NCBI GenBank assembly: GCA_904063045.1
Contig: CAJFCJ010000001.1
Span: 2,604,001-2,668,000, forward strand
From: Dimorphilus gyrociliatus
Lineage: Eukaryota > Animalia > Annelida
Reading direction: 5' to 3'
DNA: 64,000 nucleotides
Part shown: piece after piece, positions 12,613-25,645 of the stretch
Layout of the letters: each line of letters begins with the position of its first letter
How positions within the stretch are numbered: the first letter of the stretch is position 1
The notes under the pieces: model-generated
Told to the model about the DNA's origin: nothing
The model's input: only the letters and a program-made list of their open reading frames with translations
The model's database searches: none
Made by a program: the position numbers and the translations under genes

Positions 12613-15600
12613 TTAACAACTTGAACAATCTTCTTCCGGAATGCCACCTTCTGGAGGCGGTCTTGACATGACTTGCTGTATAATTTCATCGCTGATATCT
12701 TCATCTGGATCCTGCTGAGGGGAAATTCAATAGAGTATATACAAAACTTTCACTCTCTTTGTAAGATAATTGTTAATGGTAATAAATAATAAAATCTAGC
12801 GTATATATCAAGCAACATGCATTAAGTAAAATAGCTGATTACCTCAGCGGGACGGTGTATTTGCAAAGGAGGCATGCTTTTCACACTGTGCCCAGACGTT
12901 TGGCGCTTAATTCCACTAGTTGCTGTTTTAACATGCATAACCAACTCTTAAACGATATTGGTCAAGAACCAAAGAATAAAGGAATTTAAAAAAAAAAGAA
13001 AGGAATGAGGAGAGCCGTTAAGGAATCAACAACAGGAGCTCAACCACTGTGATATTACTTACCATTCAGTTGACCGGCAGATGTGGAGGACAATGCACGC
13101 TTCGGAACGTTAGCTGCCTTTTCTCTACTCTCGTTAGCTTTCTAAAATTTACAATTAAATTTGCAAGAGAAGAATTATCTAAAAAATATATAGCTAACCT
13201 GCGGAATGTCAATTAAAGGTGGCATTTGAGACATAGAGGGTCCATAATGTTCTAAATGTTTAAAATTAGTAGGACCAGATATTCTACGTCCAGTTCGTAA
13301 TTCCACTTTGCTGCTTCTATATAACATATATGAAAATAGTCTTTAATAATAGAATAGGGAAGAAGAGTTTTGTGAGCGAAAACTTACGCATCAACAGCTG
13401 CTTTATATTGAGAATGTCCTACATGTTGTATATGTTGAAAGTTAGCTGGACCAGAAATACTATTCTTTTTCATTCGGATATCTGATCCACTGTAAAAGAA
13501 TGATTGAAAATATGAATATAAATGAATATATATATATATATTATTTATAAAATGTGGATAAGAGGGAACAGAAGCTTATAAGTCTTGTAGCGAATACATA
13601 TATACAAGTATATATGAATATCTCTATTGTGCTTTTTATATGTTTTATAGCCCCAATTCAGTAAATGACCATCAGCCAAGAAATTGAAGATTTAAGCAAA
13701 ACATTCAGCAGAGAACGAAATAATAATAATTATTATCATATAAACTTTACATATTTTATAAACCTTTCAGTGAGTTATTCTCGAATTTCATAAAAAAAAT
13801 TTAAGCAATTTCGCCCTTTTTTTTATTAAACTGGTAATAAAAAAAGAGATGTAGGTTAGACTAAAAACCTTATTTATTCTTTTTACTTTCCTCTACATTT
13901 TAAATAGAAAGTTTTAACCATCTGATTTTGATTTATCCTACAACGTGAATATATATATATATATATTTAGGCCTATACAATATTCATGAAACCTCGTATG
14001 CTAATACCAACCTGAAACTGACTTTATTGCATCCTGATATTTCGTGATTGATACAGTAAGCTTAATCCAAGGTCAAAATCAATCATTAAAAAGCACTTTT
14101 TTTAAATATTCCCCCACCCTAGATTTCTGTATGTTCATAGTTTTACGAATAAAAAAGGAACTCCATTAACGTTACCCAAAATTAAAAGAAAAATAGGTTT
14201 CTTTAGTCCTATTTAGCTTAGTAACAGGGGTCATAGAAACAGCTTTATGAGGTGATTCTCAAAGCCTAAAGCCGAATAACATATTGTTATCAGATGAGGA
14301 AATAGAATAAATACAAGTTTTTTTTTCATTTCTTTTCTTTTTTATACAAAATAATAATGTAAATTATTCTGTTCTCATTTCCCTTCTTTAATTTTATTAA
14401 TTATATTTTCATTGCCTTAAAAATAAATAAATCTCATTATTTAGCATCGTAAATTTTTAAATAATATTCTTTTTAATAGAGTAATAATACTAATAATAAC
14501 TAATTATAATGATTTTAAGCGGTAAGATTGATCATGGATGGAATCTCTTTTCCAAAGAAAAAACAATGAAAACGAAATTATTATATTGTGCAAACTTTTT
14601 AAAAAATTATGCTTCTTTATATCTTTATCATTTAAAATTTCAAATTTAAATATATATATATATATACTGTATATATTGCGTAAAGATATATATGAAAAAT
14701 TAATATAATAAACAATACAGTATATATGTATTTACTAATATATATAAATAATTATATTCATTGAAACTCTAAATGTGAATCTATTAGTTTAATACTTCCA
14801 GAATAATGAAGATTAGAATAATAGAATTGTTAAGTATAACTTTTTTTCAATATTTCATTTTCCTTCTATTTTATTGATTTAGTGTACTTTCTTTTATTAA
14901 AAGTAAGAGATAACAGAAGGAAATATATGAAAGAGCATGGAAAAAAAATTTGCTGTGCTTTCGAGTGTTAAAAACAATTATAATATTTGTATCATTCTGA
15001 AAGATTTGACCCTTACCTTGATGAAAACAATAATGGCAGTGACAGGCTGCGTAATTGTTCAATATAAAACTTATAATCTTATTTGGTTTTTTATAATATT
15101 TCAACATTTTACTTCATTAACTATTGCTATTAATTTTATAAAATTATTCAACAAACCGTTTTTGAGCATCCGTTTGACCCTTCATCATTCTTTTACTATT
15201 TCTATAATTAGGTCTTCGACTATTGAAATCCGTTAACTCGTCAGGAAAATCAGAACCATTCTCGTCTTTTTTAGGTCTAGTATATATTAAATGCGGAGCA
15301 TCAGAAATAGTTACAGAACACAAAGAACCGTCAGAACACAATGGTTTAGCCTGAAGATAATAAAAAATATTTATCTTCGCTCTAATGAATAATTAATTAA
15401 GTACTAAATATTACTTTTTTATAAGGTATAGTTTGAATCCATGAACCGGAAACAACGTCGTAAACATATGCATTTAGACGGGAGTAAGCGATTAATAGTC
15501 GTCCTCTCTTGGACGCGTTATCAATGGGCGAAGGCCATAATAACTCAGTAAACCTTGATTTGCACCCATTTTTATCAACATACACACCAATATCTAAGAT

Positions 15601-18600
15601 AAAAAATGTGGTTATTATTTTATTACTTCGTTATAATACAATCAACAAACCTGAGAAGACGAGAAGCCATTCCTGTTTAGCAGCTTGCTTAACATCAACA
15701 ATTGTTATTACGCTCATACTTTTATCAGATATTCTCATATCCACAAGATACTTTAAGTTCTCATCTTCTTTATTGATTAAAGCTATAAAGAAATAAATTA
15801 TTTATATAGTGAAATGGTAGAAAAAAATAACTTACGCGTTGCAGCAGGATTATCAAATTGAACATCGTAAAGGCTAAACGTTAAATTTGAACAGCCCACA
15901 CTTAATATATTATTCTTTTGCATTTCCATAAATACTATATTATCCATGCATGTAATGTCCGCACGCTTTCTTAAGGATCCGTGGGTAAGTTGAAGGATTT
16001 GAATTGTTCTAGCTTTGGCAACTAATAGTAAAACAGCGGTGGGTAAAGTATGAAGTGAGAATCTTGTACAAAATTTTGTTTCGGTTAATTTCCTCCATTC
16101 AGTTTTCCATTCTGCTTCGCTAGCTTTAAGAACAGCGTCGAGAGGAGCCGTTCGAACGTATCTCTGTTTCCCCGCCAAAATCAAAACGGATTTTGCGCCC
16201 TTGGATACTTCAATTTGATATATAACTTTCTTTTCCCCTAATCTAACTAGACCATCTGTTAATAAATCAGCAAGATAAACGCCTTCTTCGCTACCCAATA
16301 GCAGTTTCGATTCGTTCAATATGCAGGCGCAATGCAGCTTGTGAACAGCAGAAACAGACGAGTCATATATAAGTTTGGAGACGATAGATGATTCACTGCT
16401 GATATGTTGTTGTAAAATTTCTCGAAGTTCGGAAAGAGCACCAACAAGGCATTTCCGTTGCTTTGGTGAGTCACATAAGAAGAGTATATTATGTTCGGCA
16501 TTTTGAGAGGTGGCTTGTAACAGTGAGGTTGTTACTAGGAAAATTTGAGGTAATAACTTTTTGTCGGCATGTATAGCATCGTTCTCAGTAGCTTCACGTA
16601 CAGCAAATAGTTCATCTCTTTTTTTTTAAAATAAATACACATAGGTTAATTAATAATAATATTAAATAAAAATATCCCACCTCATATCAATAACATTCAA
16701 TAAAAGATTAGTTGGATCTCCATTGGCATTTAGTTCAAAGAGAAATAATTTATAATCGCATACTACTACATATAAGCGTATCCATCCTTTTTTAACACCG
16801 CCATCCGGTTTGGGTATTTGTAAAAGAGCCTCATAAGCAGTACCCACCCCTTTAACTGGATCAATACCCTTTGGTCTTTGCACTAAAATTATTAAAAAAA
16901 GGGTAAATAAAAAAAATATTATTAATAAAATATTTAGTTTTCATTACTCACGATCGTCAGGTGTAACCGGACAAGGAATATTTGCTACCTTATCACAATC
17001 TATATGACAAGTAAACGAGCATACTGAAACAACAATATATCCATATACTACATTATTTATCCTGACATCATAAAATTATAAATAAAAATATCATTTTTCA
17101 TACCTCTACAATAATATCCTTGCCGCCTTCTTCCAACCATTAATGATGTACAATGACTACACTTCACTGGATGATACCATGTTTTGACTTCATATTTATG
17201 AGAACCTTTGAAGTCATTCTTTACTAATTGTTTAGATAAAGATTCTGAAGAAGATGAGTGAACACTTTGAGATGAGACATCGCCCGATTTTATATCATTT
17301 TCCTTATCAAACGTTTCATTAGTGTCGCTGAAACTTTGATGTGATGCGCTAATTCGAGACTGTTGTGGAAGTGTAAAAATGAAGATAATAAACCATTCAA
17401 TCGATTAAAATTTATCATTATTAATAAATTAAAGAGGATTAGTTAAGTCGAAATTTTAGAATTCCCACAAAAATTCCAAGTATTTCATGCTCAAAAATAC
17501 GAATGAAAAAAAGTTATAAATGAAAACTGTTAGAATTTAATGAATGTTAATCAAAAGTAGGAAATTCAGTATATTTTTCTTTTTTCTTTTACCTGACTTT
17601 TGACAAGTTTTACTTTGAATTCCTGATACAAACAAGACAATTTATTACATAAAGTTTTAGTTGTATTCGTCTATCTATAATAACATCTTTAATATCTAAA
17701 TAAAAAATTAACTTTGATCCCAAATGCATTGGTAAACCTTTGAACATTGTAAAATCTCTAGCCTACTAAAACCTTTTTTTTTTTTAAGCTCTAAATAGAA
17801 ATTCCTACCTCGCGTTGTTGATAAACAGAGTCCCGAAAACTGAAGAATGATGATTCAGATGTATCTCTCGGCACTTCTGCTAAGATTGTAAAGGGAACGA
17901 AGGAAATAAATCGCTTATTAGGCCAATTGATTATAGATAATCGAAAGTTTTACATACGAAATGCGTAACTGGTAACTTCGAGAGCTTGAATCTTATTTTT
18001 AAGGCTAGTTATTTCGTCCTCTTTCTTTTGAAGAACTGACTTCTTATCTTTTAATTCCCTAATTAATCGTGAAAGAAAATAGCAGAAGAGATGATGATAA
18101 AAACATTTTGCTATCTTATATAATAAATGATAATTCAAATCGAAAGATAACTTACTTTTCGCGCTCCAATAATTCTTTGCGAGTATCTTGTAGTTCTTTC
18201 GACATTTCTTCCTTTTGCCTTATTTCGGCTCTTAAACTTGCTTGACATTCTAAAAGTGAGCTTTTATCAACCCTTTGAGATCGTCTATTTTTCAGAGTGT
18301 TCGTATGATCCTTAAATAAATAAATGAGAGGAGAAAAAAAACAATTTATATTAAGCAGACGCCTTAGGTAATATAAATAAAAAGGGAGAAAATTAAGGAG
18401 TATTCTATTCCTCCATTAAAAAGGATAAATTATTAATGGTATAATTATCAATAATGATAGTATAAACTAACTGTAAGTGGGCCTGCAGATCCCTTTATTT
18501 GTTCTAATTCTTCAGCAACCTTTGAGGCCACGGCTTGAAGGTAACCTCGTGATACTTTCTCTTCCGATACCCATTGAGTTAATTCAATAAACTGACTTTC

Positions 18601-21600
18601 CCAATGAGATATTTGAGCGTCTTTTTGTTCGAGATCTCTCTTAAGTACCCTATTTTCTTCTTCGGCTTTCTGTATGGTATTTTCGACCTATAAAAAAGGA
18701 AGAAAACTCGGTTAGAAAAATACATTCGTTTGTTTACACGTGTTGTATACAGTACTAAATTCAATTTGTGTTCGCTTTCCCAGCATCTCTTCTCCAGTTT
18801 AATCTTAACCTCCTCACCCTCCTTTCTAATCCGATCAATTTCCAACGCATGCTTTCCCATTAACTCTGCATGGCTCTGCTTCAACTTTTCTCCGTTATTC
18901 GTCAATTCGACAAGTAAATTGCTTATCTCATCGATCTTATCCTCGAGAATCTTAACTTCCTGTTGATGATCAGATTTCATGCGGGATATCTCTTCTTCGT
19001 GATTCTTAAGAAGACTGTCTATTTCTTTGCTAAAGGAGAAAAAAGGAAATCGTTAGTTTGTAATGATTTTCAAGAGGATTATACGAAATTGTGATAATGA
19101 AGATAAATGGATTATAGATAAAACTAACCGTGATATTTCACTTTCTGATGTTCCATTATTGGAGACAATTCTACCACTGGAGTCATTTATTACATCTCTA
19201 TACAACTTTTCTAATCTTTCTTTATCACTCTTTGCATTACTTCCCTCTTTTAGAGCTTCTTTCAAATCATATTGCATCTAAAAATATCATAAAAGTTTTA
19301 ATTGCAATTGTATTAGAGTTTTAATTGAAATGAATAAAACCTGTCTACTGTTTTTCTCAAGTACTCTTAATTCGCTCTTCGTTTCCTCATATTTGCTAAT
19401 AGCTTCTTCCATTTCTTTCAAGTTTATTTCATATTGCTTCAATAATCTTTTATTATCAACCTCTAAACTGGTCACTCTATTAAATAATGCAAAAAGTATA
19501 TATAGTACTCTTTTTATAGTGATAAAATTTATTATCAACTTACTGCTCTGTGACTTTCTTCCATTGATTCAAGGATAAGTCTTTTTGCATATTAGCTTCT
19601 CTCAATTCTTTTGCTTGAACTTTTAGTCTCTCTTCAAGACTTCGTCTGTCCTATAAAGTATTAGCGATATTAGTATTATTATTATCTTCTTATACAATAA
19701 TTAAGATCATATACGTTTTCGGCATCAGCTCGTAGGTTCTCTGCTTTAATTTTACTTATCTCCATATCCTTAACTTTCCTTTGGCTTATTTCTTTATAAT
19801 CACTTAATTCAAATTTTGAATCTTCTAGTTCTAACTTGATATCTATTACAGAAAAATGAATGCATATTTATAAAAATATGAATATTTATGTTATAAAGAT
19901 AATAGTAATAAATTAATATATAAATCTTACTTTCGTATATCTCTTTTAACTTTTCTTTTTCCTCTCTTTCTCTTTGTAAATCTAATTGTAAAGTTGATAT
20001 ATTTGAAGCATCTGACATATCTTGAGTTTCTCCGAATGCCTTTAAAAAGGGAAGTTAATAAAACACCTATACTAAGTGACAATCTACCTGTCTTTGCAAG
20101 AGATTTCTCGTGTCAGCCAACTTTTTTACAAGTTCATTTTTTTCAATAGTAAGCTTCTGAATTCTTTTATCTTTAGCTTGAAGCGTAATTGATTCTTTCT
20201 CAGGAGTCGTTGGCGCCTGTGTTGGCTCCTCTGATAATGAATTTAAGCATCCCAAATCAGAAAAAATTCTAAAATAGAATAAAATTTCGTTGAAAATGTT
20301 GACAATAAAAAAGAATTGTCTACAATAATACAAACAAGTTTTTAGAATAAGTAAAACCAATAAAAGGTAAATGGTGACCAGTAAACGTATTTTCCCCTGA
20401 AGGTCTTCTTGACTCCTGGAAAGAGAAGTTTATCATAGTTTTTATTTTTTTATAAGAAAATATAGGTTAAAAGTAAAAGCTACCTGGGGCGGATTATAAT
20501 CACTATCGTCGAAACTAAAATTTGATGTATCAGCATCACCCGAAACTTCTGGTATATAGGGTGCTGGTTCTAGAGTGGTAATAAAAATATGGGTAGTGAT
20601 TGGTAAATTTCTAATACATTGTGAAATATATAATGAAATTATGCTTACGATCTCTTATACGTTCCCAGTCAATGCCCTTGAAGAAAGGATGACTTTGAAA
20701 ATCACTAATTCCGCTACTTCCGAAGCGGATATTAGCTGGGGCTATTAGACCCCTAATAAGATTCTTTGCCTCATCTGATATTTCCACCTCATCGTCGGGA
20801 AATATCAAATGAGACTCATGATTCATTATCTTTCCATAGGTTTCCACAAGTGATTCCGCATAAAATGGGGCATAACCTATTAATAATTCATACATGCATA
20901 CGCCCAGTGACCACCAATCGCATTCTTTTCCATAACTTCCTTTCTCTTTATCTTTTTCCATCGCCTGTAATAAACTTTTATATTGTTTCTATTTATAAGA
21001 AAAAAGCTTAACATAAACAAATACACAAGCATTTTGATATTTTCAGTATAAACCCAATAAAATGTTATCTGTTTATCTTGAATAAACGGTTTATTTATCG
21101 AATCTGTACTCGGATATCCTCTAGACTTTCTACTTTCAATCTAATATCTTTATTTATAAGTCTTTCATCACCTTATCAATTAGAAGCCGCAATATTATCA
21201 ATAAAATTAGATAATAAAAATAGATCACTTGCGTAAAAGATAATGGTTTGACAGAACAAAAATGTTTACCATTAAAATCTCTGGAGATATATAATCCGGC
21301 GTTCCAACTGATACGGAAGAATTAACCGTTCCATCATCTCTTAATTTTAAGCAAGAGCCAAAGTCAGCTAAGACGATATGACCGGTTCTATCAATTAGAA
21401 CATTATCAGGCTTTATATCCCGATGAACATATCTTAGATTATGCAAAGAGTTAATAGCCAACACAATTTCCGCTATATAAAATCTGATAGAAAATGTAAG
21501 GTAAGAAATTAATAATTAACTAAATAATGAAAAAAAGGAATTACCTCGTTACATCTTCCGGTACTCTTTCTTCGGGATATTTTAGAATAAGAGTTAATAG

Positions 21601-22807
21601 ATCACCACCGCAATAGTAATCCATTAGTAAATACTGTAGAGGAGGTGTTACGTAAAAATTAATTAATTATTTCGTTGGAAATGAGGAATAATCATACCAG
21701 GTTTTCATCATCTTGGAAAGCGTAATGAAGTCTTGTAATCCATCTTCGATCTCCGTGAACAAGAACATCGCGTTCTTCTTGAAATCGAGCCGTCTGTAAA
21801 AGGAATTGAAAAATTTGAGAAGAAGAAAAAGTAGAGCACGATTCAATCGCAAAATAAAACAAGACGAAAGGTAAGACTCGTAGATAAAAGCATACTATCG
21901 CAATCAGTAAACATAGCACAACCGTTTGAAAATTTTGAGTAGAACTAATAACATAGTCTTTTCAATTCTATGGATAATTTTACTTATTTCCTTTCTTATT
22001 TAATGGAGAATTTTAGTTGAAGAGATAAAATCATCGAATTAATGGTAGAGATAGCAATAACATGACGGGTGAGATATTTATGTCGAAAAGAGAAGAAAAG
22101 AGAGCTGGACCAAAAAAGAACATTTAATCAAAGGAAGGAAATATCCCAAGCTTTGTCGTAATAATAATAAAAACAGCCTAATACGGTGTAATGCTTTTAA
22201 ATAATTACATATATACAAGTTAGGGGAGAAAATAAACAATAGAGTAAAGAAAAAACACTGATTTTTATCAAAAGCAACCTCCTACACCTGGCCGCCACTG
22301 GCAGTTTCTCAGCTCTCCGATTTCTATCTGAGAATTGGGAAGGAAAAGGGGGAAAATACATATGGAAAAGTTACATACCTCTGCTCTCTTTTGCATTTCC
22401 CATTTATTCAATATCTTCATAGCGTAGACATCTTCAGTATCCTTTTGCTTAACGACCGAAACCTAAATTATAGATAAGCATTATAAGTAATGAATAAGAC
22501 ATGACATCTCCTAAGTGTTATAAATGAGATTTTACCTCTCCAAAAGCTCCTCTTCCTATTACTTTTAGCGTTTCGAAATCGGTCCGTCGGATACGTAGAT
22601 CTCTCACCTTGTTAACAACAGGTTGAGCTATTAGAAAGAAAAAACAAGAAGTTTAAAAATGATATTCTTCTTTTTTCAACAAACTAATGAGATCAAAAGT
22701 AAAAGTGACATTCTTTTAAGCGAAATTAATAATCACTTCCACGTTTTTCTAATCTCTCATAAAAGCAATTTTTGTTTTATTGTGACAAGACACGTTGTAA
22801 AAAACTG

Positions 22808-22847
<40 letters not shown>

Positions 22848-24247
22848 ATATTAGTGTTCAATGTTAGCAAAACGAAAAAAAAATTTATAAATTCATACCA
22901 ATTAATCAAGTTAGGCAAGAGGACACAAATTATTAATGAATTAAAGGGAGTAATAAATTGTGGAGTAAGCAATTTTCTTTACTAGCTCCACGGCAATAAA
23001 TTCGCTTAGAAAAAATATGTGAAAACAGTATATTTATTTGTTTATCGTGTACGAATAACCTTCAGGTAAAGTAGAATAAAAGGAATTTTTTTCTCTTATT
23101 TTAGAAGATAGAATTTTTTTTAACTTTGTAACAAATAAATAAATGCAAACTTCATACGTATGATGATTTATTATAGAAGGTAACATATTTTGAATACCAT
23201 ACTTTTTACTGCTTTTTTTTGTTAGTCAGGCTTAGTGTAACGGCAAATAGAAGGGCAAAAAAGCAGTGAAATATTTAGCATTCATTCGAATACAAGACAT
23301 TGTTTTGGGACCTTTAAAATTTGAAGATACACACATGTAAATAGGGTGTGGCCTTTTGAAAGCTGCGGTCTAATGTTAGAAAGGTTAAGCAAAGACTTTT
23401 ATTTTATGTAACTGATAATACTTTCAATTCTGTGTCCGAAATTCAACGGATTACATTAAATACATATAATAATACGTTATGTATTTCGTTGCATTTGCCT
23501 AAAATTTAGAAAATAGTGTATTGGAATATTTCTTGTCCGTAGGATAATTCCATAAGATAAGAATAATTGTGATGTATACGAAAATAAAACATGCTCATAA
23601 TTATAGTCATGACCGTGACAAACAAGACGGCAAGATGTGACATTTTCACCATCTGTCGCTAGGTTTGTTAATAGCCAAATTTTTGCAACAAAGAAGAAAT
23701 TAAGAATTTTTAGTGGATAAGTAAAATACCCTTCAATATAACATAACTTTTGTTAATGCTATGATTGATAAATAATTGTAGTAAAGTGACTAATCAAAAA
23801 TGTAAGAAAATCGATTAATCACGTTTTTTTGAGGGGGGGAAAGAAATTACTTAAACCTTTGTTTTCTTACAATTGTCAACTATAAAAGCTTTCTAAAAAA
23901 TGGCAAAAATAGCACTAACTAAACACCTGCTGGACCTTTAAGCGTAATATTATACAATTTAATCATACGATATCTTAAGAATAATATACTGAATCAGTGA
24001 CCGTTACTCTTCTTTATCACGAATCAGAAATGAATCTTTACTTACCAAACTTTACGAAATCATTTACAATCTTCTCCCGTCTCAATGACGAGTTTACGCA
24101 CTCATCGTATAAAAGTAGAAATGCATCTAAAAGTGTTTCCAAACTTAAAACTGTGCCATCACTATCCGCAGGACCTTGCAAATATATCCTTTCGAATTCA
24201 CGTATCCTCTTTTCAATATCTCCGTTACGTTGAATGATTTTATTCAT
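12613..24247 (-). CDS. CDC42BP: Myotonic dystrophy-related Cdc42-binding kinase (MRCK/Genghis khan)
   Basis: N-terminus [17 protein letters not shown]. Kinase motifs [66 protein letters not shown]. Then coiled coil, C1 domain ([17 protein letters not shown]), PH ([20 protein letters not shown]), CNH and CRIB motifs. Stop inferred at 12613-12615. Confidence 0.95.
22815..22843. repeat. (TA)n microsatellite in MRCK intron 1
   Basis: About 14 TA units read directly. Confidence 0.9.
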
Positions 24248-25575
24248 TTTTAAAAGTTTTTATAAATTTTATAAAGACCAATTAACAATGGTTTATAATG
24301 TAAACAAACGAAGAATTCCACGATTCTGTGGCATAAATAAACTAGTTACATTCTACATAAAATCCCATTCAATAGGTGATCAAGGGAATACTCTGAAGTC
24401 TGTTTTGAAGTAAACTGCAAATCTGGATAGAACACAGCGCCATTTTAAACATAATAGTAGTTCGGCACCAAATTTTTAATTTTATAGAATAAAAGCTGGA
24501 ATATACGAGAAAATATTTGATTCAAAAATTCAATTTTATTTCAAATGATATATAATATAGCCTTTTAAAACATAATACTTTATTTAAAGAAAAATACGAA
24601 AATTTTTAGACCGGAAATGAACTATTGTAATAGTTTTAGCCTACACCCCTAAGTATTCGGCAAACTTTCTAAGAGTCAATATTCAATATTTACAATATCC
24701 ACGTGAATGCAAAGAATTCTAATGATTTAACTCAATTACTGTTAGAGATATAGACGTATTTTCATTTGAAAGATATACTTTAGAATGACTAATGCTATCG
24801 AATTAAAAAAAAAATTTATTTATATATTTAATGTCTATTTTTTTTAAATTCAATGAGCCTAGAAAACATTAAGACTATTTCTCCTCAAATTATATGATAC
24901 ATTATAATATCGAGTGTATATATAAAAAGAAAGAACCTATCCAGGGATCGTTGTCAAAAATTTAAATAACTATATTTACAACTGTTCGACAATTAAGCAA
25001 TATTGAATAAAATAAAACACTAAATATAGATTTCTCTTTTATTTCTTATACAAATATAAAAACTTAATGAATTTTAACAATATTTTATTCTTTTTCGTTT
25101 AAACACAAAACATTTTATACTAAATTGAAAGTTTTTTTGATAAAAAACGTTAAGTTTTTAACAATTTAAAACAGTCTAATGAATATTATTAACAATTGTC
25201 ATTTTCGTACTTGTTTTAATAGGGGGGAAAAAAGAACAAATTTTGCTTTTAGAAGCGTTTTATCATTCATAAATTATATATTAATACTTAATACTTCACT
25301 AAACGGAAAAAGAATTTGTAAATATTAAACATTACGTAAAATAATGTGAAAGTTAACAAACTTTCAAAAAGATAGTTTATCATTTCTAGTTTCTATTAAC
25401 AAATTAATTTAATGAGTTAAGGTTGTTGTTTTTTAATTTATACATTTAGTAATTCCTTTTCATGTTGTATCGGTTATTATTTAAATATTCCCGTTTATCT
25501 AGTTTTAGATTCATATTGTTAACTCGAATACAATTAAATAGACCTAGTTAACCCCCTCTTCTCATTTTTTCATAA

Positions 25576-25585
25576 CGCATGCGCA
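25576..25585. promoter_or_regulatory. NRF1-type motif CGCATGCGCA upstream of PGD
   Basis: Matches the core of the NRF1/EWG palindrome, about 60 nt before the PGD ATG. Confidence 0.5.
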
Positions 25586-25645
25586 TTAACTTATTGTCAA
25601 CCTTTAAGTAACAACCCTTACTTCGTCTGCTAATTTGAACACAAA

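Noticed and set aside
13914-14013. Two AG...GT-bounded 19-nt segments in the long MRCK intron before the CRIB exons
   Set aside because: Neither preserves frame alone or together, and the splice signals are ordinary for AT-rich DNA.
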